Origin: Octopus bimaculoides
Taxonomy: Eukaryota
NCBI RefSeq assembly: GCF_001194135.2
Contig: NC_068982.1
Span: 113,234,753-113,276,816, forward strand
Direction of reading: 5' to 3'
DNA: 42,064 bases
Shown piece by piece: positions 1-10,210 of the stretch (the first letter of the stretch is position 1; every line of letters starts with the position of its first letter). A program made the translations under genes and the position numbers. Below the pieces are notes generated by a model. It searched no databases, was not told where the DNA came from, and saw only the letters and a list, made by a program, of their open reading frames with translations.

Positions 1-849
1 CATGGTAAATACTGGGCTAAACTAAATGCAAAAGAAATAGGCAGAGAAAAATCCCAACAATGGTTGAGAAGCTCAGGACTCAAAGCAGAGACTGAAGGAT
101 TTTTAATTGCTGCACAAGACCAAAGCCTCCCCACCAGAAATTACCAAAAACACATAATGAAAAGAAACATAACAAGTAACTGTAGAATATGTGGAGATGG
201 ACAAGAAACAATAAATCATATTATCTCTGGCTGCCCAGTCCTGGCTAAGAAGGAATATATTCACAGACATGACAGAACTGGGACCTATATACACTAGAAG
301 CTATTCGAACACTATGGAATAACAACAGAAAAAAGATGGTATAAACACACGCCAGAAAAGGTCACAGAAAACGAGAAAGCAACCATACTCTGGGATATGC
401 CAATACACACGGATAGAGAAATTAAGGCAAATAGACCAGATATAGTTGTCAAAGATCATGAAGAAAAAAAATGCTTTCTAATTGATGTATCAATACCAGC
501 AGATGACAACGTTTCTCTAAAAGAAATGGAAAACTTTCAAAATACAAAGACCTGGATATAGAGATAAATCGAATGTAGAATCTAAAAACAGAAACAATTC
601 CTATCATAGTAGGTTCCTTAGGTATAATAAAAAAATATTGAGACAAATACATAACAAAAACACCAGGACTTACAAATATATATAACATACATAAAATTGC
701 ACTACTGGGTACTGCACACATTCTATGCAAAACACTTTCAATACAGTAAACATAAGAGCACCACAGCACACCACAGCACATACCCAAGGCGCACAGAGCT
801 GCGCTCGGTAGTGAAGTGAGAGCCCGTTATAAAAATAAAACTACTGAAC
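1..849 (+). mobile_element. Dong/R4-like non-LTR retrotransposon, 3' part (CCHC knuckle + RLE endonuclease + 3' UTR), pseudogenised; element 1
   Basis: Translation gives WLRSSGLKAETEGFLIAAQDQ, knuckle CRICGDGQETINHIISGC (C-X2-C-X8-H-X4-C), RHD, ILWD, NRPDIVV..FLIDV (PD-D/ExK core). In-frame stop at 295-297, a frameshift near 530, ORF end ~749, then an (AAT)n tail. Cut by the window start. Confidence 0.9.

Positions 850-889
<40 letters not shown>
850..889 (+). repeat. (AAT)n microsatellite between elements 1 and 2
   Basis: Direct reading. Confidence 0.97.
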
Positions 890-1848
890 GCATGGCATGT
901 AAAAAACACTAGAAAACCACTATTATTGAAAGTAAGAAGATCAGTTTTGTGTAGAATGGAAGATTACAAAGATAAAGCACTGTACAAGCACTTGAGAATG
1001 AACGAAACTGAAAATAGGTGGATAAAGAAAGGAATTCATAGGGATGTTGAAGGTAAGACAGACAAAGAAAAAGATGGTTATGGATGACTAAAGGTGATTT
1101 AAAACCAGAAACAGAAGCTCTAATCTGTGCTGCCCAAGAGCAAGCATTAAAAATGAATTACATCAAATACAGAATAGATAACAGATCAAAAAGTGATACG
1201 TGCAGAATCTGTGAACAAAATGGTGAAAGCTTATGGCATATAACCTGTCAATGTACGCCACTAGCCCAGAAAGAATATAAGAGACGTCATGACAATATAA
1301 CAAGGATTGTCCATTGGACACTCTGCAACATGTATGGAGCTGACAAAGTAAAAATGTGGTACGTACATAAACCCGAAGGCATCATTGAAAATGATAATGC
1401 AAAGATCTTATCGGATTTTATGATTCAGTGCTACCATGAGATAGAGAATAGAAAACCAGGCATAATATTATTTGAGAAAGAAAGCAAACGATGCTGGATC
1501 ATAGATATAACATGCCCAGCTGACATCAAGGTATTGCGATAAGGAAGAAAGAAAAGTCGATAAATATGACAGGATAGCTTTGGAGATTAAGCAGTTGTGG
1601 TCGCTGAAAAAGGTTGTAGTAGTACCAATAATGGACGGAGCCCTGGGAACAATGAGTAAAATCCTTGAGAAGTACATGGAACAAATAAGGGCTGCAATAA
1701 GAGTGGAGCACTTGCAGAAAACAGCACTGCTTGGAACCGCTCGAATACTCCAGATGGTGCTCGAAAAATAAGGGTATTACCTTAGTTCACTGGTAGTAAA
1801 CAGCTGGCACCGTAGTACATCTCCAGCGTTAGAAGCTATGCACAGACA
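890..1848 (+). mobile_element. Dong/R4-like RLE retrotransposon, 5'-truncated; element 2 (different family from element 1)
   Basis: ORFs 1084-1542 and 1580-1771: LKPETEALICAAQEQ, CRICEQNGESLWHITCQC, KRRHD, RKPGII..WIIDITCP, VVVPIMDGALG, LQKTALLGTARIL. Distinct 3' UTR, then an (AAT)n tail. Confidence 0.9.
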
Positions 1849-1882
1849 ATAAGTGATGATGATGATAATAATAATAATAATA

Positions 1883-1935
<53 letters not shown>
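1849..1935 (+). repeat. (GAT)/(AAT)n microsatellite
   Basis: Direct reading. Confidence 0.95.
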
Positions 1936-1936
<1 letters not shown>

Positions 1937-2465
1937 CCCTGATGCAGTACCAGGCAGTGGCTCTCATGGTTTCTGATCTTAATTGATTGGAAGTGTTATC
2001 ATGTACATTGTTTTGTCTTGGTATAAAAGATGGGCTACAGCAAATATTCTGCTCAATACCACAGATTTGCTTGTCAGTTGCTTGACCTTAACCAGTTGAG
2101 CATGTTCCTTGGTGGCTGATGATATGTGCATCTCTGATCATGAGCAGAAGTATTGAGCGGAATTCTTTGGGGTTTGAATAATTCACCTTTGGAAACACGG
2201 GTGTTTCGCTCAACATCCTTAAACAAACCTTATTCAGGGACCCTTTTGAATGGGATGGGCTACTCGACCTGAAGAAAATTCCAACTGGGCCCCACCAGCG
2301 AGGTCATGCGTTGTTTATCTAGATATGAGATCACCATTCGCGCACATATGGTTGTGATGCATGTGCTTGGTGTACCCTTATTAGACGGGTAGTCATGATG
2401 GGTATACTGGGCTTCGTATATTTTACTCCAGTGTCACTTTGATGGCATGCACTGCTCTCTCACTC
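1936..2465 (+). mobile_element. Non-coding ~530 bp interspersed element flanked by (AAT)n; putative non-autonomous retroelement, copy 1
   Basis: Aligns by eye to 11563-11790 (+) and 36613-37112 (-). No long ORF and no clear tRNA A/B box at its 5' end. Ends ...ctgctctctcactc followed by (AAT)n. Confidence 0.85.
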
Positions 2466-2516
<51 letters not shown>

Positions 2517-2540
2517 CACGATGATGATGGTGATGATTTC
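2466..2540 (+). repeat. (AAT)n/(GAT)n microsatellite
   Basis: Direct reading. Confidence 0.95.
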
Positions 2541-2544
2541 TTTT

Positions 2545-3843
2545 TTTAATTTCAAGAGAAGTTTAAGGTGCTTAAAATATGTAGTGATGACCATGTCTTT
2601 CATTGCTTTATGCAAGATATTGTCCAGCTCCAGCATCCCAAGGTACTTGTACCCATCATCATCTTGGTCTCCCATTCTCGCTCCGTTTGGCAATTCTATG
2701 CCCGTACAATTTACTTTTTTCGCCCACTTCAAAGTAAGCACTGCACAAAACCCAACTCAAGAAACCTTGTGATTGCCATCAATATATGGACCTTGCTATA
2801 GTGCACCTATCCTGAAATAGACACAAGCGGAGATTAATCTACTCGATCTCACTACCTGAAAAACAATGGTAATGTATGGTGCCCTCCACCATAAGGCGAA
2901 TGTTCACAGGCTCTACATGAAAAGCGGTAAAGGTGGATTTAACAAGACTGGACTTTAGAGTGCTCACGAATTCCGATCAAGAACAGCCAATGCGAGTGAA
3001 GAAACCCTACTCCTTATGGAATTACATGGTCAGTTCCATCGTGAAACCAACAAATTAAAAGACCAGGGAACATCATGGAGGTGGCTTAACAAGGATAGCC
3101 TGAAAAAGAATACTGAAAGCCTAATCATCGCTGCCCAGGACCAGGCATTGAATAACAACTCAGTGAAAAAGAATATATTCCACACAAGTGCAACGGACCT
3201 CTACAGAATGAGTGGGAAATTGTTAGTGCTTGTGAAAGTCAGGCACAGAAAGTGTACAAGCGTAGACACGACAAGGCAGCCCAAGACCTCTACTGGTTAC
3301 TATGCCGTTAGTATGAATATAAGGTTACGGGTGCTCGGTACCAACATACACCAGAAAAAGTAATGGACAAAAAGGGAAAGGCAAAGATCCTCTGGGACTT
3401 TGACTTCCAGACAGACATGGCATTAGAGCACCGAAGGCCGGATACAATAACTTTTAGGTGGGACAAACATGAGTGCGTAATAATTGCCGTGGCAGTTCCA
3501 GGAAATCTACATATCATTATGAAAGAAAGAGAAAAGATTGATAAGTATGGAGACCTGAGAATTGATATCGCTAAGATGTGGGAGGTACGGGAGTCAAACA
3601 TAAAGGTTATCCCTGTTGTCATCAGAGAATTGGGTTCAATACCACCCAATCTGAAAAATTCATCTGAAAACTTTAGAAATACCCTACAATCTAGGTGTAT
3701 TGCAAAAGTCACTTGGAATTGACGCATATTGTGTAAAGTACTGTTTGTCTGAGGTCCTTGTTGTGACTTGACAAACAGTACAAACTCCCGGTAGACAATA
3801 TTTTCAATCAACAACCTCACGATATTGTATAATGTGCGGCATC

Positions 3844-3844
<1 letters not shown>
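2545..3844 (+). mobile_element. Dong/R4-like RLE retrotransposon, element 3, with inverted 5' segment (2545-2747 on minus strand)
   Basis: Minus 2747-2545: CAVLTLK..VNCTGIELPNG..YKYLGMLE..YFKHLKLLLKLK (late RT). Plus from 2748: KPNSRNLVIAINIW, GALHHKANVHRLY, WRWLNKDSLKKNTESLIIAAQDQAL, ILWDFDFQTD, RRPDTI, IPVVIRELG. Followed by an AAT tail. Confidence 0.88.
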
Positions 3845-3896
<52 letters not shown>

Positions 3897-3949
3897 TGAT
3901 AATAATAATAATGATGATAATAATAACGACGACGACGACGACGACGACA

Positions 3950-3993
<44 letters not shown>

Positions 3994-3996
3994 AAT
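3845..3996 (+). repeat. Compound (AAT)n-(GAC)n-(GAT)n microsatellite
   Basis: Direct reading; source of the poly-N/D, poly-I and poly-Y/H ORFs. Confidence 0.97.
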
Positions 3997-4870
3997 AAAA
4001 GCAGTCAATTTGCAAGAGATACGAACGCCAAGACAGATATAGAAGACCGGTGGCTATGGATGATAAGGAGTGAACTGAATATAGAGACAGAAGCGCTTAT
4101 ATCCGCAGCACAAGAAGACCGTTAAGGACCAACTGTGTGAAGTGCAGAATCGACAACTCTACCAAGAGCGACAAAGGGAGAATGCGTATTGAGATGAGTG
4201 AAACGGTATGGCACATCGTTAGCGAATGACAGAAATTGGCACAACGCGAACAGAAAAGGTGACATGACAATGTGGTAAGAATGATCCAGTGGGGGGCTCT
4301 GTGGAAAGCACGGCCTAGAAAGAGCAAAGGTGTGGTATGGGCAAACTCCTGAAGGAGTAACTGAGAAGGAAGATTGGAAATTCCTGAGAATGAAGATTGG
4401 AAAGTGGCATTCAATAAGTCAGAGCGATCACCTGACCAGACATCGAAACCAGACATTGTTGTTGTGAATAAAAAAGAAAGAACTTGCATGATAATCGACA
4501 TGACATGTCCTCGAAGACAAGAGAATCAAAGAGCAAGAAGAAAAACTGAACAACTTAGACGATCTGAAGTGAGAAATGCGAAGGCTATGGTCAACGAGGA
4601 GAGTAGACGTGACACCAATAGTAATTGGCACACTTGGAAGTATTAACGCTCTACCAACATGGCTCAAAATGACTGGTACAAATGTAAAGGTAAAACACCT
4701 ACAAAAATCGGCATTGCTTAGAATTGCAAGAATTCTTCGCAGGATACGTGAAGCATGTCCGGTAAACAAGTGTCGCCTTGGTATGCTGGCTGTGGACAGC
4801 TGATACTTTCCAACTTACCCAGGAAAATAAACTGAGAATATTCATCAAATAACAAAAATGATAATAATAT
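3997..4870 (+). mobile_element. Dong/R4-like RLE retrotransposon, 5'-truncated and more degraded; element 4
   Basis: RWLWMIRSELNIETEALISAAQE, SKPDIVVVNKKERTCMIIDMTCP, VTPIVIGTLG, LQKSALLRIARIL across several frames. Short AAT-like tail. Confidence 0.85.
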
Positions 4871-4925
4871 GCATATATACATACAAATAATATATAAAGA
4901 AGGTTTGCGTAAAGTATAAGCTTGG

Positions 4926-4926
<1 letters not shown>

Positions 4927-4965
<39 letters not shown>

Positions 4966-5382
4966 NNNNNNNNNNNNNNNNNNNNNNNNNNNNNNNNNNN
5001 NNNNNNNNNNNNNNNNNNNNNNNNNNNNNNNNNNNNNNNNNNNNNNNNNNNNNNNNNNNNNNNNNNNNNNNNNNNNNNNNNNNNNNNNNNNNNNNNNNNN
5101 NNNNNNNNNNNNNNNNNNNNNNNNNNNNNNNNNNNNNNNNNNNNNNNNNNNNNNNNNNNNNNNNNNNNNNNNNNNNNNNNNNNNNNNNNNNNNNNNNNNN
5201 NNNNNNNNNNNNNNNNNNNNNNNNNNNNNNNNNNNNNNNNNNNNNNNNNNNNNNNNNNNNNNNNNNNNNNNNNNNNNNNNNNNNNNNNNNNNNNNNNNNN
5301 NNNNNNNNNNNNNNNNNNNNNNNNNNNNNNNNNNNNNNNNNNNNNNNNNNNNNNNNNNNNNNNNNNNNNNNNNNNNNNNNNN

Positions 5383-5447
<65 letters not shown>

Positions 5448-5450
5448 ACA
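4927..5450. repeat. (TA)n/(TATG)n microsatellites around assembly gap 4966-5382
   Basis: Direct reading. Confidence 0.95.
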
Positions 5451-5529
5451 TGCAAACAGAGAGAAAACAAAAACCTAAAACTTTTAGACGATGAATTCTT
5501 AAGTATAAATATATAGATATTTGTATTAA

Positions 5530-6210
5530 AAGACCAAACTTACACATAGTATGAACGACAGAGAAAAATAAAGGGGAAGATATAAGGTGTTATAGGTGCA
5601 ACAGCTGTTTCTAGGAGCTCGGAGAGCCATCATAATGCTGGTGGATGTAATTTATCACAATATTCAGGTCATAATAGAAGCAAACAACACTGGATAAATC
5701 GAGTCTCCGTCATCAGTATAGAAAAAGAATATTACATTTTCTGGCTGTTATGAGAAGCGGCTGTGTTTGATATGCAGTCCAGGTTATTCTAAAGATGTGC
5801 CTTTACCAACAGAGATCCTTAGTGATATTATCACCCAACAATTACAGCACTATTTGTGTACTGCTTATCTTAAGTGTTTGTGCTGGTATATTCTTGATAC
5901 GAGCAGTGCTTGAGTTTTTTGTGCTGTTCAATGAAACAAGATTGGCATGCCTCAGTGAAAAATACTCTCAAAGTTTTCTTTTTTTGTACAATCAATGTGG
6001 ATTTAACGTGAGGAACATAGTTTTCTTATGGATGACGCGGAGTTTGGGATAATTAGGAAGGAATAAAGAGTCGTACCGTCGTATTGATGTGAAAAGAATT
6101 AGGTCATTGATGAATTTAATTAAAAAAGTGGAGGGAAAAAAAGCTTGAAACATCAGAGTTGCTTGAGTATGAAGCAGAAAGATCTCTGTCAATTCCATAA
6201 TAGTACGATC
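5530..6210 (-). mobile_element. Penelope-like element remnant (degenerate RT plus terminal repeat)
   Basis: Minus strand: FLIKFINDLILF (degenerate RY(I/V)DD region) and NIPAQTLKISS (cf. SIPYSQ..R..RICS). Terminal motif cctagaaacagctgttg is shared with 26206-26225. Confidence 0.6.
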
Positions 6211-6603
6211 TGATAAGAGTTGTAAATCTAAATCAAAACTACAGACGGGCTATAAAAGTAAAACAAAAACGATCGAAAACAAAGACACAACATGCATATT
6301 CTTTCTATCTTTTGTCTGAGCTGGAAGGAAGGGAAACAGGGCGATAAAGAAAAAGCGGTGTGAATTTTCACATATTCCTCTATATATAAGTATATGCATT
6401 TTGAAAACATGAATAGAAATGGCTTTTCTGATAATTTTGCCACTTTAATAATTAGATGTTTATAAGGTTACGAAAGGTGATTCTGACATGAGCTTTTCGC
6501 TTAAAAGCGGTTTTCAAACTGATATGTTGGAGTTTGTTATACGTATATGTACGTATGTGTTTAAATGTAGGGCTTGAACTTAGAATATAACGATGGATTA
6601 CAA

Positions 6604-6759
6604 AATATCTCAAGAGAAGTAGATGTCACTGTCATCACAATCTGAACTGACCTTTCACGCACAATAGTGATGACAATTTATCATATATTACGATCATTGT
6701 TATATGTGAAAAACAGTGTAACAATGATGACAGTGACAACGTACTTTTCTTGAGATATT
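6604..6759. repeat. ~156 bp foldback (MITE-like) inverted repeat
   Basis: aatatctcaagagaagtagatgtcactgtcatca pairs with tgatgacagtgacaacgtacttttcttgagatatt; inner arms also pair imperfectly. Confidence 0.8.
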
Positions 6760-7260
6760 AATTCATACTCCGTTGTTTAAGACTCATGATTTCATTTAAT
6801 CCCTCTAAAATAAATAATGTACCAACCATGAAATAGCGACAGTTCAAAAGCCTATGACAGTCTCCTACGCACTAATACTATTTGGTCATACGACGAAAGA
6901 ACAACATCTGTTCTGCCTTTGAAATGTATTTATTAATGCTTCTTCCGATAAAATACGTATAACATTTTAATGTTGTAGGTAATCCAGATATTAAGACAAA
7001 ACATATCGGAATCCAAATGTTATTGCTATATCCTATATTGTTCTAATAATTCAAAATATTTTTCATAAATTCATTATTTTGTAACGAAGCATTGCTTTGT
7101 TAATGGATGTTCTCTTAACAAGATATGGGTTATACTGTACATGACAGAAATAACACAGAAATAAAGTCTCAAAATAGCTACAAATTCTAGGCGTATCTAT
7201 GCACCACCACCGCCACGACCACATGTCTAAGTTGTGTTTCATAGAGTTCTGTATCAGAAA

Positions 7261-7300
7261 TGTATGTATGTATGTATGTATGTATGTATGTATGTATGTG
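7261..7300 (+). repeat. (TATG)n microsatellite
   Basis: Direct reading. Confidence 0.95.
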
Positions 7301-7324
7301 CTTATATCTCTCATTCTATATGTA

Positions 7325-7810
7325 TGATTCGGATCGAACTGGACGGCGAACAAAAGTGTGGAGTTGACTGAAAGCATTTAAGGAGGGCAGGATAACATAC
7401 GCAAGACTCAATAGAGATTTAAAGAAGAATGTTGCGATCGAGACGGTGAATCTCCGTGACTGTTTTGTGTGCACACCTTGTGACAGACCATGCCTTTCTT
7501 TTGTTGGGCTCAAATCTCATTTGCAAAGCCATGAAAAACAAACCTCCATCAGCTATTCTGCCTACATATCTGTGCACACCTTTCAATGCCGTGTATGCAA
7601 TAAGGTCTGAAAATCTAAGGGAGGCCTCAAAAGACATTTTAAGATCCACAAAGATCAGAACTTAACTGCAGCTGTCGGTGGTCAAAATTGGATATGCGAT
7701 ATGAGTATCTTTTCAATACATTGTCCGGTTTAAAAAGCCACACCAGACACCATGGTGGATCTAAGGTACAAGAGGTAGTCCTATTCTGTATAAGGAATAG
7801 ACAACTATCA
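7325..7810 (+). mobile_element. RTE-clade LINE 3' end with three tandem C2H2 zinc-finger remnants, flanked by (TATG)n
   Basis: Frame reads DRTGRRTKVWS*LKAFKEGR..LNRDLKK, then FVCTPCDRPCLSFVGLKSHLQSH, FQCRVCNKV*KSKGGLKRHFKIH and WICDM/EYLFNTLSGLKSHTRHH (frameshift in finger 3). Confidence 0.75.
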
Positions 7811-7898
7811 TGTATGTATGTATGCGTGTATGTATGTATGCATGTATGTATTTGTGTATATACAAAAATGAAGTATATATATATATATATATATATAT
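7811..7898 (+). repeat. (TATG)n and (TA)n microsatellites
   Basis: Direct reading. Confidence 0.9.
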
Positions 7899-8225
7899 AC
7901 GAGGTGCTTTCAAAAAGTATCCGACTTTATTTATCCATGTCCAACTTATGCCGCGTGGGCAAAGACCTTTGGGTGGGAGGTGATGCCACCGTTCCTGTGC
8001 ACGCATGAAAATTTTCGCACTGGTAGACCTCATCAGTTCCTGGATGTTACGTCTAGAGTACAGACGTGTAGTGCAAGAATCTAGTGCTTGCTATTTATCA
8101 ATAAACGTTGTATTCACAGCTTAAATTTCAATCCTTCTAGTCATGTATCTCATTATACCGACATGGTATGAGAAATGGAATGCTGACATAGATGATCGTC
8201 AAGAACATCGCGTCTCTATTTGCCA
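7898..8225 (+). mobile_element. Mariner-like element 5' remnant
   Basis: TA followed by cgaggtgctttcaaaaagtatccgactt resembles a mariner TIR. A degenerate start ME...RQEHRVSI resembles a mariner N-terminus. No catalytic domain is present. Confidence 0.5.
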
Positions 8226-8307
8226 ACAGTATATCCAGCAATATCACTCCTCAGATCATGATAAAAATTTCATTTTGACAAACCCCAACATATTCTAATC
8301 AAACTGA

Positions 8308-8428
8308 CGACAATACTGCCTTTCACCCACCACCTCCGGGATCGAAAAAATAATGTACCAGTCAATCAATGGAGTTGATGTAATCGATTACCCACTTCCA
8401 TTCAAAATGTGTGCCCTTATCACTAATT
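8308..8428 (+). mobile_element. SINE family A, partial and degraded
   Basis: gcctttca..gggatcgaaaaaataatgtaccagt..gatgtaatcgatt matches the middle of 15238-15450. Confidence 0.6.
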
Positions 8429-9965
8429 CAGAAACCATCACTGGAGGAAGACATGGAAACATACGTGAAGATGATAAAATAAGCATGGCCGGCAACATAA
8501 GCCAAGCTCCAAGATTCTCTCACCATTGCTTATATATACTGCGCCATCAGAACATTCCCCACCAGTTTTGACAAACATCAATTCATGGTACTCGAGTATA
8601 GTTTTGAATTTTGAATAGATATTTAGCAACAAGAGTAAAGAAGTGTTCTTTGCTTGTTACGCCAACTGCTTTGGATTCCTCCTAAATCTTGCTACCCAAA
8701 CTACAATAAGATACTTAAATACTCTGCAGTGCCTTAGAAAGAAGTATTCAAAGCCTCTATAATTTTCGAGTTCAAGTGTCAATATACTGCAGTGAGCACG
8801 AACACATTCAATATAGTGTTTAAGAAAACTTCGACATAGATGTTGGCTTGAAAATCAGATAATTAATTTTTGGTTAGTAAGAAAATATAACGATGTTTAT
8901 TTACAAGCTACAACTAATCAAGAACAAAATCTTTTGACAAAATATACGTATAATACCATGATTGTAATATAGACGGTTTTAATATAGTCCGATATTATTT
9001 TGTTGACTTACTGTTAGTCTTGAAGATTAATTTTATTTCTTACATCTTCATATTTATTGGTGCTAATTTTCACTACATCTCACAAATGAGATTTTATCTA
9101 TACTTCCAACTCAATTGCCTTAAGAAAACCGCGGTAACACAAATTTATTGATGGAATAATGCTACGAAGATACTTGATTGTTTACGCAGAGTATGGTATA
9201 AAATTAATCGTCTATAATTCTAGACCCTTAATATCATTTAAAGTAATAACTCCAAATTTGCTTATCAATNNNNNNNNNNATAAATATATATCATCCTAGA
9301 TAACGTTCTTTTCATTTACATATCTTCAATCTTAGCAAACTTAATTTCCAGAGATTGGTGTAAACAATTTATATCAGAAGCATTTTTTTCATTGAGCTTA
9401 TTTATTTATTGTTGCATATGATACCTATCTTTGCTTCAGGGAGAATGATAAACATTTTCCTCGCAAATTATTGACTACTTTAATCTGCAAGAATCAATCT
9501 TTTAGTATGTTTATCAAGAAAGGCTCCCTCCATTTCAGAATATGTTATACAAGAGAGAGAATATCTCATTTAAATATAAAAATAGAAGATGCCCTTCTGA
9601 CATGGCACAAAGTCTGAATAATATAGCAGAACTATGCTGACACCTAAGCGATTTTACTATGCGAAATCATTTTGGATTTATCATCACTTGACTACTTTGC
9701 AAGTAAATAACATTATTAATTTCAAAACGTATTTTGTTTATAATGCATTATAGGTATTTTAAAGTATCTGTAGTAGACAACGGGGATAATACGTTTTTGG
9801 TGTAAACATAAAGTCAGCAAAACTATTTACAAAATTCCATTCTGTTTCGGTGTTTCTTTTCGTGTGTTTAGGGTATGTGCTTACAGCACACAATGTACCC
9901 TTGCATTTCAGATTGATTCTAAAAGTATAACATTTACCACATCGAAGTCTATAAGAGGATTTGAC

Positions 9966-10110
9966 TGAATCGTTAGCACGCTGGAATAAGTGCTTAGCAG
10001 TATTTCGTCCATCTTTACGTTCAAATTCCGCTGAGGTCCATTTTGCTTTTCATCCTTTCGGTTAAGTACCAGTTACGCACTGAGGTCGATGTAATCAACT
10101 TCCCCCAATT
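9966..10110 (+). mobile_element. tRNA-like SINE family A
   Basis: gaatcgttagcacgctgg..gttcaaattccgctgaggtc..aagtaccagt..gatgtaatc; homologous to the 15238, 37209, 14212(-) and 18781(-) copies. Confidence 0.8.
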
Positions 10111-10130
10111 TCAGCCAATAGAAGAAAGGA

Positions 10131-10151
10131 TTATTATTATTATTATTATTA

Positions 10152-10209
<58 letters not shown>

Positions 10210-10210
10210 C
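10131..10210. repeat. (ATT)n microsatellite
   Basis: Direct reading. Confidence 0.97.

Noticed and set aside
3308-4125. Long poly-His/Tyr, poly-Ile and poly-Asn/Asp ORFs
   Set aside because: They are translations of the AAT/GAT microsatellite and the antisense of element 3
4699-5547. ORFs of 190-330 aa here and at 24032-24963 and 35726-36724
   Set aside because: They are open only because they cross N gaps
8440-8570. GC-richer unique segment with short ORFs on both strands
   Set aside because: No recognisable domain or convincing splice sites
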